This document shows, piece after piece, positions 1-8,149 of a DNA stretch of 37,414 nucleotides (position 1 is its first letter; every line of letters begins with the position of its first letter). The stretch is taken from the NCBI GenBank assembly GCA_965602795.1, contig CBFCZR010000002.1, positions 1 to 37,414 of the forward strand, in the 5' to 3' direction. The notes beneath the pieces are model-generated. The model did not search any database, was not told where the DNA came from, and saw nothing but the letters and a program-made list of their open reading frames with translations. The DNA comes from Candidatus Bathyarchaeota archaeon. GTDB taxonomy: Archaea; Thermoproteota; Bathyarchaeia; Bathyarchaeales; Bathyarchaeaceae. Both the position numbers and the translations under genes were made by a program.

Positions 1-200
1 GTGAAAGGAGATTTGCCTTTCTGTAGCTGGTGAACTGTGTGGCTGCTAGAGTCAAAGCCAACAACATTGAAGCCTGCTTCTATGAAAAGGCAAGCCGTAA
101 TTAATCCCGTTCTTCCGCAGCCTACAACACAGACAGTGTATTCTCGCCGTTTCTCCGACGACTCCAGATCTTTGCCTGCAAGCTTCATGGCTCTAGACAT
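1..200 (-). CDS. Nucleotide-sugar (UDP-glucose/GDP-mannose family) dehydrogenase, N-terminal fragment; 3' end runs off the window
   Basis: Absent from the ORF track because no stop lies in the window. Reverse-strand ATG at 200-198 gives MSRAMKLAGKDLESSEKRREYTVCVVGCGRTGLITACLFIEAGFNVVGFDSSSHTVHQLQKGKSPF. This has a Rossmann GxGxxG (VVGCGRTGL) followed by the KGKSP motif typical of UDP-sugar 6-dehydrogenases. Co-oriented directly downstream of a sugar nucleotidyltransferase. Confidence 0.6.
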   Translation of the reverse strand, partial: MSRAMKLAGKDLESSEKRREYTVCVVGCGRTGLITACLFIEAGFNVVGFDSSSHTVHQLQKGKSPF

Positions 201-346
201 TTTTTCTCCTCCACTTCATTATTTATCTGTGTTATTAATACGTGGCGAACATTTTTGTTGCAAGCAGATTAAATATGCAGAAAAATCTATCGGTTAGATT
301 TGACAGAAAACTGTGAAATTTTCGGGTTGCTTTTAAGCTATTCGGT

Positions 347-1441
347 TTATATTATGCGCGTGGACGCTGGAACGTTCTCTTTAACTTCTTTGGAGTGGCA
401 GACGGTGACGTCTCTGGATAGGGTGACATTGTCGTTTATGGTTACGTAATCGCCGATTACGCATCCGTCGCTGATTGTTGCGCCTTTGCCTATTGTTGCT
501 CCTTCCCCTATAACTGCTCCCCTTACCGAAGCACTATCCGAGATAGTAGCCTCTGGGAAAACCACAGAATTCTCTAGGATAACGTTTCTGCCCAAAACTG
601 TGTCTCTTCCGATGATTGCGTAGGGTCCCAGTTTAGTTTTCTGTCCAACGGTGACTCCCGCGTCAACCATAACAGGGTCGCTGAACTTCACTGCCTCATC
701 TATTTTGGTGTCCTTTCCGAGCAGCCGCTTTTTTGGTTCCGCGTCAAGCAGAACCCTGTTTGCTCTCAGGTAATCCACGGGTTTTCCGATGTCAATCCAG
801 ATTTCTTTGAATTCATGACCGAAAAGTTTGCCTTCGTCTGCCAGTTTCGGGAATACTTCACGTTCGATGGAGACTGGATGTCCAGCAGGAATATGGTTGA
901 AGATTTCGGGGTCTAGCACGTAGACTCCGGCGTTGATGAGGTTGCTGGGGGCTTTTTCGAGGGGAGCCTTCTCTACGAATTGGGTTATTCTGTTTTGGTT
1001 TGTTAGTTTCACAGTTCCATATCTGCTAGGGTCTTCAACACGGTAGAGCGCTATCGTCGCAGCCGCGTTCTTTTGTTTGTGTTTGTTAATGAGCGCCGTG
1101 TAATCGATTGTGGTGAATATGTCGCCGTTCAGGACCAGAAACGGCTCTTCGGTGCCGATGAGTTCTTCGGCGTATTTGATAGCTCCACCTGTGTGCATGG
1201 GCTTCTTTTCCAGCGAATAAGAAATTTTGATTCCATACTTTGATTCGCCGTAACGTTGCATGAAAGCTTCAGCCATGTATTTCACCGCCAAAGTAACCCC
1301 ATCTACTCCGGTTTCGGCTAGACGCTCCAGTGTCCAGTCCAGCAGCGGCTTATTCAAGACGGGAAACAGAAGCTTCGGTCGCGTACAGCTTAATGGCCTT
1401 AGTCTGGTTCCTACGCCTCCCGCCAAAATTATTGCTTTCAA
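347..1441 (-). CDS. Sugar-1-phosphate nucleotidyltransferase (NDP-sugar pyrophosphorylase) with C-terminal left-handed beta-helix
   Basis: N-terminus MKAIILAGGVGTRLRPLSCTRPKLLFPV carries the GxGTRLxPLT-type signature of NTP_transferase enzymes. The C-terminal third has hexapeptide-like repeats (GATIGKGATISDGCVIGDYVTINDNVTL). Confidence 0.8.
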   Translation of the reverse strand: MKAIILAGGVGTRLRPLSCTRPKLLFPVLNKPLLDWTLERLAETGVDGVTLAVKYMAEAFMQRYGESKYGIKISYSLEKKPMHTGGAIKYAEELIGTEEPFLVLNGDIFTTIDYTALINKHKQKNAAATIALYRVEDPSRYGTVKLTNQNRITQFVEKAPLEKAPSNLINAGVYVLDPEIFNHIPAGHPVSIEREVFPKLADEGKLFGHEFKEIWIDIGKPVDYLRANRVLLDAEPKKRLLGKDTKIDEAVKFSDPVMVDAGVTVGQKTKLGPYAIIGRDTVLGRNVILENSVVFPEATISDSASVRGAVIGEGATIGKGATISDGCVIGDYVTINDNVTLSRDVTVCHSKEVKENVPASTRII

Positions 1442-1599
1442 TCCGTTTCAGCCCTGAAACATTAGATGTGAGTTAGGTAAGTAAAAGTTTTGTGAAGGTT
1501 TCGCGGGTTAATCTTTAGCTGGATAAGATTTAGTTTATGGCTTACTTTTAAAGTTGAGAAAAAAGAAGGGGAGGTTGTCTAGTTTTTAGTTGAGATTAG

Positions 1600-2445
1600 T
1601 TATTTCTTTCGTTTGTGTAGAAGCACTGCTCCAGCCGCGGCGACAGAAGATACCGCTAACATAACAACGAAGCCTGTGGTTTCAGGAATGGTTGTCTCGG
1701 GATTCGCAGCCGATTCGTACATGATGTATCCCCAACTGTCTGGAACGTCTGGGCTGCCTGCTGGAGTTGCGTCTGCTGGAGGCCATTGTTGAGTTTCGCC
1801 AGTATCTTCGTCATAGTATGAGACAAACTCTGCCCACGTATAGCCCACTAGAGGACTTCCAAAGCTTGTGTCTAGCTTCAGGATGTTCATTTCGTATACG
1901 TAGTGTTCAGCCGCTATTGTCGGAGTCGAAACCAAGTCTTGAGCGAACTCCAAGAATGCAGCACTATCAACATCAGATACAACCCATCCTGATCCATCTC
2001 CTACGAACCATTGAACCGTCGCAGAGCCACCGTGCCCTGTAACTTCCAACTTTTTATCGTACTCTGTAGGATTTGAGCCTCCATCAGGCTCGGTTGCACC
2101 ACCATCAGCGGTTCCGTCAAAGCATATTGTCAACTTATCTCCTGCGTCGTCTGTGCTGTCAGTAACTTCAACGATAAGGCATAATAGATTTGGATCCATA
2201 ACCCACTGGTCATGGAAAGCAGCGCCATCTCCGAACGCTTGTTTTCCACTGGCGATCCAGTCAGAGTCAACGATGTATGTTCCATCAATCACGGGTACGG
2301 CGTCGCTCTGGTAAAGGGTGTGTGTGTAGTCGACGTTGTAAGCGCTTACATTTCCTGCAAATGCTAGCACTAACAGCGAAAGCATACAAAACATAACTAT
2401 ACCTGTTTTTTTCATCGGGTTTTTCCCCCTTTTAGGTACATTCAT
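1600..2445 (-). CDS. Secreted/surface protein with signal peptide and C-terminal TM anchor plus basic tail
   Basis: Signal-like N-terminus MKKTGIVMFCMLSLLVLAFAGNVSA; the likely true start is the internal ATG at 2415. D/T/G-rich mature part. C-terminus PETTGFVVMLAVSSVAAAGAVLLHKRKK (polar/Pro motif, TM helix, basic tail). Confidence 0.6.
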   Translation of the reverse strand: MNVPKRGKNPMKKTGIVMFCMLSLLVLAFAGNVSAYNVDYTHTLYQSDAVPVIDGTYIVDSDWIASGKQAFGDGAAFHDQWVMDPNLLCLIVEVTDSTDDAGDKLTICFDGTADGGATEPDGGSNPTEYDKKLEVTGHGGSATVQWFVGDGSGWVVSDVDSAAFLEFAQDLVSTPTIAAEHYVYEMNILKLDTSFGSPLVGYTWAEFVSYYDEDTGETQQWPPADATPAGSPDVPDSWGYIMYESAANPETTIPETTGFVVMLAVSSVAAAGAVLLHKRKK

Positions 2446-2623
2446 TCTCTACTCGGTTAAAGTGCTTAAAACTTTTTCCACTATCCGCCAAAAGCGAACC
2501 CACAACACTGGATGCTTGCCGCAGAGACACGAAGTAAAGCATTTTAATATGTCGCCTGATTCTATTATTCTGCCATGCAACCACTCCAGTAGACAAACCA
2601 CAACAAGCGTGAAACTGCCAAGC

Positions 2624-2711
2624 GCGGGGGTTGCCAAGCCAGGTCAAAGGCGCAGCCCTGAGGCGGCTGTCCCGTAGGGGTTCGTGGGTTCGAATCCCAC
2701 CCCCCGCACCA
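2624..2711 (+). tRNA. tRNA-Leu (anticodon GAG), class II with long variable arm, genomically encoded CCA
   Basis: Hand-folded cloverleaf. Acceptor GCGGGGG/CCCCCGC (7 bp). D-arm GCC-AAGCCAGGTCAAA-GGC. Anticodon stem CAGCC/GGCTG with loop CTGAGGC (U33, GAG, purine 37). 14-nt variable arm TCCCGTAGGGGTTC. T-arm GTGGG-TTCGAAT-CCCAC. Discriminator A at 2708, then CCA at 2709-2711. Confidence 0.9.
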
Positions 2712-2715
2712 CCCA

Positions 2716-2768
2716 TATTAGGCTCCTAATAGAGGTATATTGTTGAAAACAGTCTTTTTTCAGGAAAC
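2716..2768. repeat. Intergenic element copy A: 17-nt palindrome TATTAGGCTCCTAATAG, then TATATTG(TT)GAAAACAGTCTTTTTTC-AGGAAAC
   Basis: Starts 5 nt after the tRNA-Leu CCA. Near-identical copy at 17738-17789 (17/17 palindrome, then TATATTG, AAAACAGTCTTTTTTC, GGAAA). The T6 tract at 2755-2760 is also a plausible archaeal oligo-T terminator for the tRNA. Confidence 0.75.
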
Positions 2769-2932
2769 CTGATTGAAACTTTAGCTGAAAGGGTTTGGCT
2801 TAGAATGTTTCTGGTGAGATGAAGAGTGACAAGCTACAAGCTGAGAGAAACCTTCACAGTGAGAGACATTCTGGAGTTTTTGGGTGAATCATATTATATA
2901 TTGGATGGTTATATTTTGTTTCGGCGAGGTTA

Positions 2933-3403
2933 ATGTCTGACTTTTCCTCTTCCGAGTTGGCTGAAATCGAGTCCAAGCTGAAGGGCAAAACTCTTCAGAT
3001 ATACTGGTATCTGCTGAGGGACCCAAGTTCCAGCGTGGGCGTCCGTGAGGTTCAGCGGTCTCTAGGGCTTTCCAGTCCCAGCGTAGCCGCTCACCACTTG
3101 GACAAGCTGTTGTCGCTTGGTTTGGTGGATAAGAGTGTGCGGGGAGAATATTCTGTGAATCAGGAAGTTAAGGTTGGGCTTCTCAAGTTCTTCAGCAGGA
3201 TGGGAAGGTTCCTTGTTCCCCGCCACTTATTCTATGCTATTTGGCTCTCCACAATGTTCGCCATATACCTGATTGTCTACAATGTAATCTTGTATCAGCC
3301 TACAGGCTCGGTTCACAACATTGCAGCCATTCTTTTCGGTGTTGTCGCCAATGCTGTGTTGTGGCTTGAGACGGTGAGGCTGTGGAGAGAAAAGCCGTTT
3401 TAA
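2933..3403 (+). CDS. Membrane-anchored winged-helix (wHTH) DNA-binding protein
   Basis: N-terminal wHTH-like segment LQIYWYLLRDPSSSVGVREVQRSLGLSSPSVAAHHLDKLLSLGLVDK. It is followed by two hydrophobic helices (LFYAIWLSTMFAIYLIVYNVILY; IAAILFGVVANAVLWL). Confidence 0.6.
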   Translation: MSDFSSSELAEIESKLKGKTLQIYWYLLRDPSSSVGVREVQRSLGLSSPSVAAHHLDKLLSLGLVDKSVRGEYSVNQEVKVGLLKFFSRMGRFLVPRHLFYAIWLSTMFAIYLIVYNVILYQPTGSVHNIAAILFGVVANAVLWLETVRLWREKPF

Positions 3404-3409
3404 GCTGTT

Positions 3410-3886
3410 TTGTGGGTTTTCGTCATGGTTGAGAGTTTGATGAGGGAGGAACTGATAGCTCCGTGTGGCATGGATTGCAATGTTTGTAGCGGCTACCTTG
3501 CGTTGAAGTATGAAATTAGAGAAAAAGGCGTGAAAATGGCCTATTGTAAGGGTTGCCGACCTAGAGACAAAAAGTGTGCTTTTCTCAAGAAGCGATGCGA
3601 GTTGCTTATGAACAATAAGGCGGAGTTCTGTTATGAATGTGAAGAGTTTCCCTGTGAAAACTTGGAACACATTGACAAACGCTACCGAACGCTTTATCAC
3701 ATGAGTTTGATTGATAACCTCAAATTCATTAGGGAGCAGGGTTTAGCCAAGTTTTTGGAGCGCCAAAAGACGAAGTGGCAATGCCCTGATTGTGGCGACG
3801 TAATCTGTTGTCATAACGGAATATGCTTCAGTTGCGGTTTGGAAAAACTGAAAAACAAGGAAAAAGTTTACCGGTGGGAAGACTAA
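3410..3886 (+). CDS. Cysteine-rich DUF3795-like protein (putative metal/FeS-binding)
   Basis: CGMDCNVCSGY ... CKGCR ... C ... C ... FCYECEEFPCENL, matching my recollection of the DUF3795 pattern. An extra C-terminal CPDCG...CCHNGICFSCG zinc-ribbon-like motif is present. The track start is GTG 3410; ATG at 3425 or 3440 is more likely. Confidence 0.5.
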   Translation: MWVFVMVESLMREELIAPCGMDCNVCSGYLALKYEIREKGVKMAYCKGCRPRDKKCAFLKKRCELLMNNKAEFCYECEEFPCENLEHIDKRYRTLYHMSLIDNLKFIREQGLAKFLERQKTKWQCPDCGDVICCHNGICFSCGLEKLKNKEKVYRWED

Positions 3887-3958
3887 CCAAAAATGGTTGT
3901 TATGCAAGCTGTTCTAATGTGTGGACTTAAAAGCATGCCAAATCTAATCTAAGGATAG

Positions 3959-4354
3959 ATGAAACCATTGAATAAAGCCTTAGTTTACACTGTGATTGCC
4001 ATATTGCTTGGCTCAGTCACAATGCTTGCTCCGCTAGCGTTGCTTGGCGACTCATCTCCAGATGAGATTCCCGATTACACACTTACGGTTCCTGAGGCAG
4101 CGGAACAGAACAACCAAAATCGAGTATGTGAAGATAACCAAACGCTAAAAGGCGGAGAATTTTCAGCTGAGAATTGGACAAGACCTGACGAGCAATCCGC
4201 ATCAACTGATTCCTCTGCTTCTTCACCTCCAGAATACTTTGTAACCGCGGGTACAGATGAGAATGCTTCAGATTTGTCCCCGATTGGATTTATGACCATA
4301 CCAAGTTTCCTTGTTGCCTTGGGAGTTTTTGTTTACCTCAGGAAACGGATGTAA
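3959..4354 (+). CDS. Small exported protein with N-terminal signal/TM and C-terminal TM anchor
   Basis: N-terminus ALVYTVIAILLGSVTMLAPLALL, acidic/Ser-rich middle, C-terminus SPIGFMTIPSFLVALGVFVYLRKRM. Sits directly upstream of the beta-propeller protein. Confidence 0.5.
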   Translation: MKPLNKALVYTVIAILLGSVTMLAPLALLGDSSPDEIPDYTLTVPEAAEQNNQNRVCEDNQTLKGGEFSAENWTRPDEQSASTDSSASSPPEYFVTAGTDENASDLSPIGFMTIPSFLVALGVFVYLRKRM

Positions 4355-4440
4355 TGTTCTATTTTTGGTACAGCATGTTCTAAAACGTAGCATTAAGTGC
4401 CCTACAGCCATAGTTCCTGAAGAAAAAACGTGAAATAAAG

Positions 4441-6561
4441 GTGAAAAATATGAACAACACAAAAATGTTTACCGCGTCTTTCCTAGCAACACTTCTGATT
4501 TTCTCATCAGTACCATTATATCTCTACCTAAGCACCCCTGAAGCCTCAAACAATGTTACGCTGAACAAATTCTCCTCCTACGAAGAACTGCAAACTTTCC
4601 TCGAAACAGCCTCTTCATTACCTAACAATTATTGGGTCAGAGGTGGAGAACTAACGGCAGAAAGCGCTGATGCGCAAACCGCTGCTCCCAAAGCCGCTGA
4701 ACCCGCAGCCGCCGATTTCTCGGAGACGAACATCCAAGTTGAGGGAGTAGACGAAGCAGACATCGTGAAGACCGATGGCGAATACCTTTACGTTGTCTCA
4801 GGCGGCAACTTAACCATCGTGAAGGCGTATCCACCTGAAGAAGCCAGAGTTGTCTCAAAAATCAGCTTAACCGGCGGCATATCTGGAATATTCGTCAATG
4901 GAGACAAGTTAGCTGTCTTCGAAACTGAGTATGGTATCTACCCACTTTACGAAGGTGGAATAGTATACGACGTAGGCATCGATTCTGCAGAAGTAAATGA
5001 ACCCGCAGTAGACGATGAAGCAGCCGTTGCTCCTCCACCAACAAACGGAAGCGTACCAGACGACGATGAAAACAGAACTTCACCCGGTATTCCTGAACCC
5101 AGCAACGACAGCACACCAGTAGAACCGTCCAAAGTTCCTGAACCAAGAAACGAAAGCATACCCGAGGAACCATCCAGAGTTCCTGAGTCCATAGTGTACG
5201 AGCCGCCTACAACCTCCATTAAAGTGTATGACATCTCAAACAAACAGAACCCTGTGTTGACAAGAAACTTTTCTGTTGATGGTAACTATTTCAGCTCAAG
5301 GATGATCGGCGACTACGTCTACGTTGTTACAACCCAGTATGCAGTCTTTATAGAGACGAACGTTTTTCTCCCCAGAGTGCATTCAGACAATGAAACCGAG
5401 GCAATCGCTCCTGATGACATATACTACTACAATTTCACAGACAGCTCCTACAGCTTCACAACAATCGTTGCCCTGAACATCAAGAACGACGCCCAAGCGC
5501 CAACCCACGAAACAATACTGCTGGGAGCCACCAGCACCATATACGTTTCACAGAACAACATCTACCTGACCTTCCCCAACCACACATGGAAAGAAAACGA
5601 AACCATGAAAACATCAATCCAAAGAATCAGCATAAACAAACAAGCCATAAACTTTGCAGCACAAGGCGAAGTCCCCGGCTACGTTCTCAACCAGTTCTCC
5701 ATGGATGAACACAACGGCTACTTCAGGATTGCAACAACAGTCTACAACTATGTCTGGCGAACATTTGCTGACGAAGCAACTGTTGAAGAAGCGAAAGACA
5801 AGAACAATGTTTACGTTCTCGACATGAACCTCAATGTTGTCGGAAAGCTGGAGGACCTTGCTCCAGGAGAACAGATTTACTCTGCGAGATTCATGGGCAA
5901 CAGACTCTACCTAGTGACCTTCAGGAACATTGACCCACTCTTCGTTATAGACCTATCAAGCCCCACCGCACCAAGGGTTCTCGGACAACTTAAAGTAACA
6001 GGTTACTCAGGCTACCTTCACCCCTACGACGAAAATCACATAATCGGAATAGGCAAAGAAACCGAGTACGACGCAGAACAGGACTTCTCATGGTATCAGG
6101 GCGTAAAGATATCTCTCTTCGACGTAAGCGACGTCTCTAATCCAGTAGAAATTGCCAAGTACGAGATAGGAGACAGAGGAACCGATTCCCCAGTTCTGTG
6201 GGACCACAAAGCTCTGCTGTTCGACAAGGAGAAGAACCTTCTGGTGCTACCCGTCATGGAAACAAAGATGGACCCAAGCCAAAACGAAGGAGAAATCATT
6301 TATTCATGGGCATACGGAGAATTTGTGTGGCAGGGAGCCTACGTCTTCGACATATCCCTAAACGGACTGAAACTCAGAGGCAGAATCACACACATGGAAG
6401 ACAACGCTGACCTGCTGAAAAGAGGTTACTACTTCGGCTCATATTACTCAGTGCAGAGGTCACTCTACATAGGCAACGTGCTCTACACAATATCTGGCAT
6501 GAAAGTGAAGATGAACAACCTAAACACTCTGGCGGAAATCAACACGGTAGAGCTTTCCTAA
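4441..6561 (+). CDS. Secreted beta-propeller domain protein (COG4880 / Pfam Beta_propel type)
   Basis: N-terminal TM/signal. Hallmark motifs as I recall them for this family: FSETNIQVEGVDEADIVKTDGEYLYVV and IYSARFMGNRLYLVTFRNIDPLFVIDLSSPTAPRVLGQLKVTGYSGYLHPYDENHIIGIG. A P/E-rich repeat linker is inserted at about 4987-5205. Track start is GTG 4441; alternative ATG at 4450. Confidence 0.8.
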   Translation: MKNMNNTKMFTASFLATLLIFSSVPLYLYLSTPEASNNVTLNKFSSYEELQTFLETASSLPNNYWVRGGELTAESADAQTAAPKAAEPAAADFSETNIQVEGVDEADIVKTDGEYLYVVSGGNLTIVKAYPPEEARVVSKISLTGGISGIFVNGDKLAVFETEYGIYPLYEGGIVYDVGIDSAEVNEPAVDDEAAVAPPPTNGSVPDDDENRTSPGIPEPSNDSTPVEPSKVPEPRNESIPEEPSRVPESIVYEPPTTSIKVYDISNKQNPVLTRNFSVDGNYFSSRMIGDYVYVVTTQYAVFIETNVFLPRVHSDNETEAIAPDDIYYYNFTDSSYSFTTIVALNIKNDAQAPTHETILLGATSTIYVSQNNIYLTFPNHTWKENETMKTSIQRISINKQAINFAAQGEVPGYVLNQFSMDEHNGYFRIATTVYNYVWRTFADEATVEEAKDKNNVYVLDMNLNVVGKLEDLAPGEQIYSARFMGNRLYLVTFRNIDPLFVIDLSSPTAPRVLGQLKVTGYSGYLHPYDENHIIGIGKETEYDAEQDFSWYQGVKISLFDVSDVSNPVEIAKYEIGDRGTDSPVLWDHKALLFDKEKNLLVLPVMETKMDPSQNEGEIIYSWAYGEFVWQGAYVFDISLNGLKLRGRITHMEDNADLLKRGYYFGSYYSVQRSLYIGNVLYTISGMKVKMNNLNTLAEINTVELS

Positions 6562-7346
6562 CTGTCCTGCTCTAGTTTGATGGCTTTACGAGCGAAGGTG
6601 AGATATCCGGTGTGTCCAGTCATCAAGGTTTGGGGGCGTGTCTTCCCCCTCGCCACCTGCATAAACCGCATAAGAGTCTCAACAGTTTCGACGTCCACGA
6701 AGCCGTTCTCAGTTAAGGCTTCCACAGTCTTCACAATCTGGTCAATGGTGGGACTGAAAGACACCAGTACCCCGCTTCCCTTCAACGCAGTGTATGCATG
6801 AGGAACAACCAGCCACGGCGTCGCCAAATCCAAAATCACTGCATCCACATCTTTCTCGTCAATGCCCTCAGTTACATCCCCTTTTTTTGATTCCACACAA
6901 TCAGAGACTTTGGCTCTCTCCAAATTTTTTAGTGCTCTCTCCCTAAATTCCGGTCGGACTTCATAGGTGTAGACGCGCCCTGTGGGTTTTACGTAGTGGG
7001 CTAGAGCCGTTGTTAGGGCGCCTGTTCCGGTTCCCGCTTCCACTACGCGGCTTCCTGGACCTATTCCGCTGAACATAACGATGAGGGATATGTCCTTGGG
7101 ATATGATATCTGTGTTCTTCGTTTTGTTTTGAAGATATAGTCACGAAGAGTGGGTTTCAGGGCAACAAATTCTATGTCCATGCTGCTGACTATTCGGGTT
7201 CCGTACTCTTTTCCTATCAGGTCGCCTAGCTGGATGTAGCCTTTGTGGGTGTGAAAGCTCTTCTCTGTCTCCACTCTAACAAGGTAGGTTCTCTTTCTGT
7301 CCAAGTAAAGAAGTATGTCTTCTCCTTCAGAGATTATTTCAGTCAA
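6558..7346 (-). CDS. trmI: tRNA (adenine-N1)-methyltransferase (m1A57/58), GCD14/TrmI family
   Basis: SAM motif VVEAGTGTGALTTALA, plus DAVILDLATPW and the family-typical N-terminal beta domain (ILLYLDRKRTYLVRV). Its stop region overlaps the convergent upstream gene by 4 nt. Confidence 0.85.
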   Translation of the reverse strand: MTEIISEGEDILLYLDRKRTYLVRVETEKSFHTHKGYIQLGDLIGKEYGTRIVSSMDIEFVALKPTLRDYIFKTKRRTQISYPKDISLIVMFSGIGPGSRVVEAGTGTGALTTALAHYVKPTGRVYTYEVRPEFRERALKNLERAKVSDCVESKKGDVTEGIDEKDVDAVILDLATPWLVVPHAYTALKGSGVLVSFSPTIDQIVKTVEALTENGFVDVETVETLMRFMQVARGKTRPQTLMTGHTGYLTFARKAIKLEQDS

Positions 7347-7540
7347 ACTTTTATCCCATCACATAAACTCTGTCTAACGTTTTGATGCAGTCACACTATT
7401 TATACTAAATGTTTGTCTCTCTTCAATAGGGATTTGTTCCTTGTTTATTTTCACTTACCTCACAGCTCTATTCTGTTACGGTCTGAATTAAAGCATAAAT
7501 ACAAATCCAGAGCACAGAAAGCAGAAGGTGAAAAAATATT

Positions 7541-8011
7541 ATGAGTGAAGTTTCCATCGTAAACGTGAAGCCGCAACTAGTTTTAGGCATGAGAAAAAGA
7601 GGCACATACCCGAGCATCGGAGTTATGATTCCCCAAATATGCCAGTTTGCTGCACAAAACGGAATCCAAATGATTGGACCACCCACGTTCATTTGCCACG
7701 AAATGAGCCCAGAAGAAGCAAAGAAAGCAGACAAAGAAAATAATGCGGATGTAGAGGTGGCTGTTCCAATAGCTCAACGCGGAAAAGAAACTGAAGAAAT
7801 AAAGTGTTACGAGTTGCCGGGAGCGAAAATGGCGAAGATAGTGCACAAAGGTCCATACAAGGAGGAGACAGCTACGTACGAGAAGCTTTTTGCTTGGCTA
7901 GAGAAGAACAATAAAACGGTTGTTGCTCCATTTCGGGAAATCTATTTGAATGACCCGCATGAGGTTCCTGAGGAAGAGTTGCTGATTGAAATCTATGCGC
8001 CGATAGGTTAG
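7541..8011 (+). CDS. GyrI-like small-molecule-binding domain protein
   Basis: About 155 aa with a duplicated beta-alpha-beta-beta layout: ...VNVKPQLVLGMRKRG...IGPPTFICH... and ...YELPGAKMAKIVHKGPY...ATYEKLFAWLEKNN...PFREIYLNDP. This is typical of the GyrI/AraC effector-binding fold. Confidence 0.65.
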   Translation: MSEVSIVNVKPQLVLGMRKRGTYPSIGVMIPQICQFAAQNGIQMIGPPTFICHEMSPEEAKKADKENNADVEVAVPIAQRGKETEEIKCYELPGAKMAKIVHKGPYKEETATYEKLFAWLEKNNKTVVAPFREIYLNDPHEVPEEELLIEIYAPIG

Positions 8012-8070
8012 TTTTTATTCAGTTTTTTGTTGGTTTCTATTTTCCTTTCCTTTTTTTATGTTGTTTTTCA
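8012..8070 (+). terminator. T-rich tract series (oligo-T archaeal terminator candidate) after the GyrI-like gene
   Basis: GTTTTTATTCAGTTTTTTGTTGGTTTCTATTTTCCTTTCCTTTTTTTATGTTGTTTTT contains several T5-T7 runs immediately after the stop codon. Confidence 0.4.
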
Positions 8071-8084
8071 ACCTTCTTATTATG

Positions 8085-8125
8085 CAAAGTACTTTGTAAC
8101 GCAAAGTATTATATAGTACAAAGTA
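8085..8125. promoter_or_regulatory. Candidate operator: three CAAAGTA boxes, the first within the perfect palindrome CAAAGTACTTTG, interleaved with TATA-like sequence
   Basis: CAAAGTACTTTG at 8085-8096, CAAAGTA at 8102-8108 and 8119-8125. TATA-like TTATATA and TATATTTA nearby. Lies 25-65 nt upstream of the ATG at 8150 of the membrane-protein/wHTH operon. Confidence 0.35.
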
Positions 8126-8149
8126 TATTTAGAGTAGCAGGAGATTCAG

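Noticed and set aside
37-297. 86-aa + strand ORF at the window start.
   Set aside because: It is antisense to a clear Rossmann-fold dehydrogenase N-terminus (minus strand, 200-1). Its composition is unremarkable.
2432-2716. Three ORFs (2432-2716 -, 2449-2637 -, 2462-2677 +) covering the tRNA-Leu locus.
   Set aside because: They overlap a well-folded tRNA and its upstream spacer. No coding features.
3227-3700. 157-aa minus-strand ORF spanning the junction of the wHTH-membrane and DUF3795 genes.
   Set aside because: It is antisense to two ORFs that carry recognisable motifs, and it has no motif of its own.
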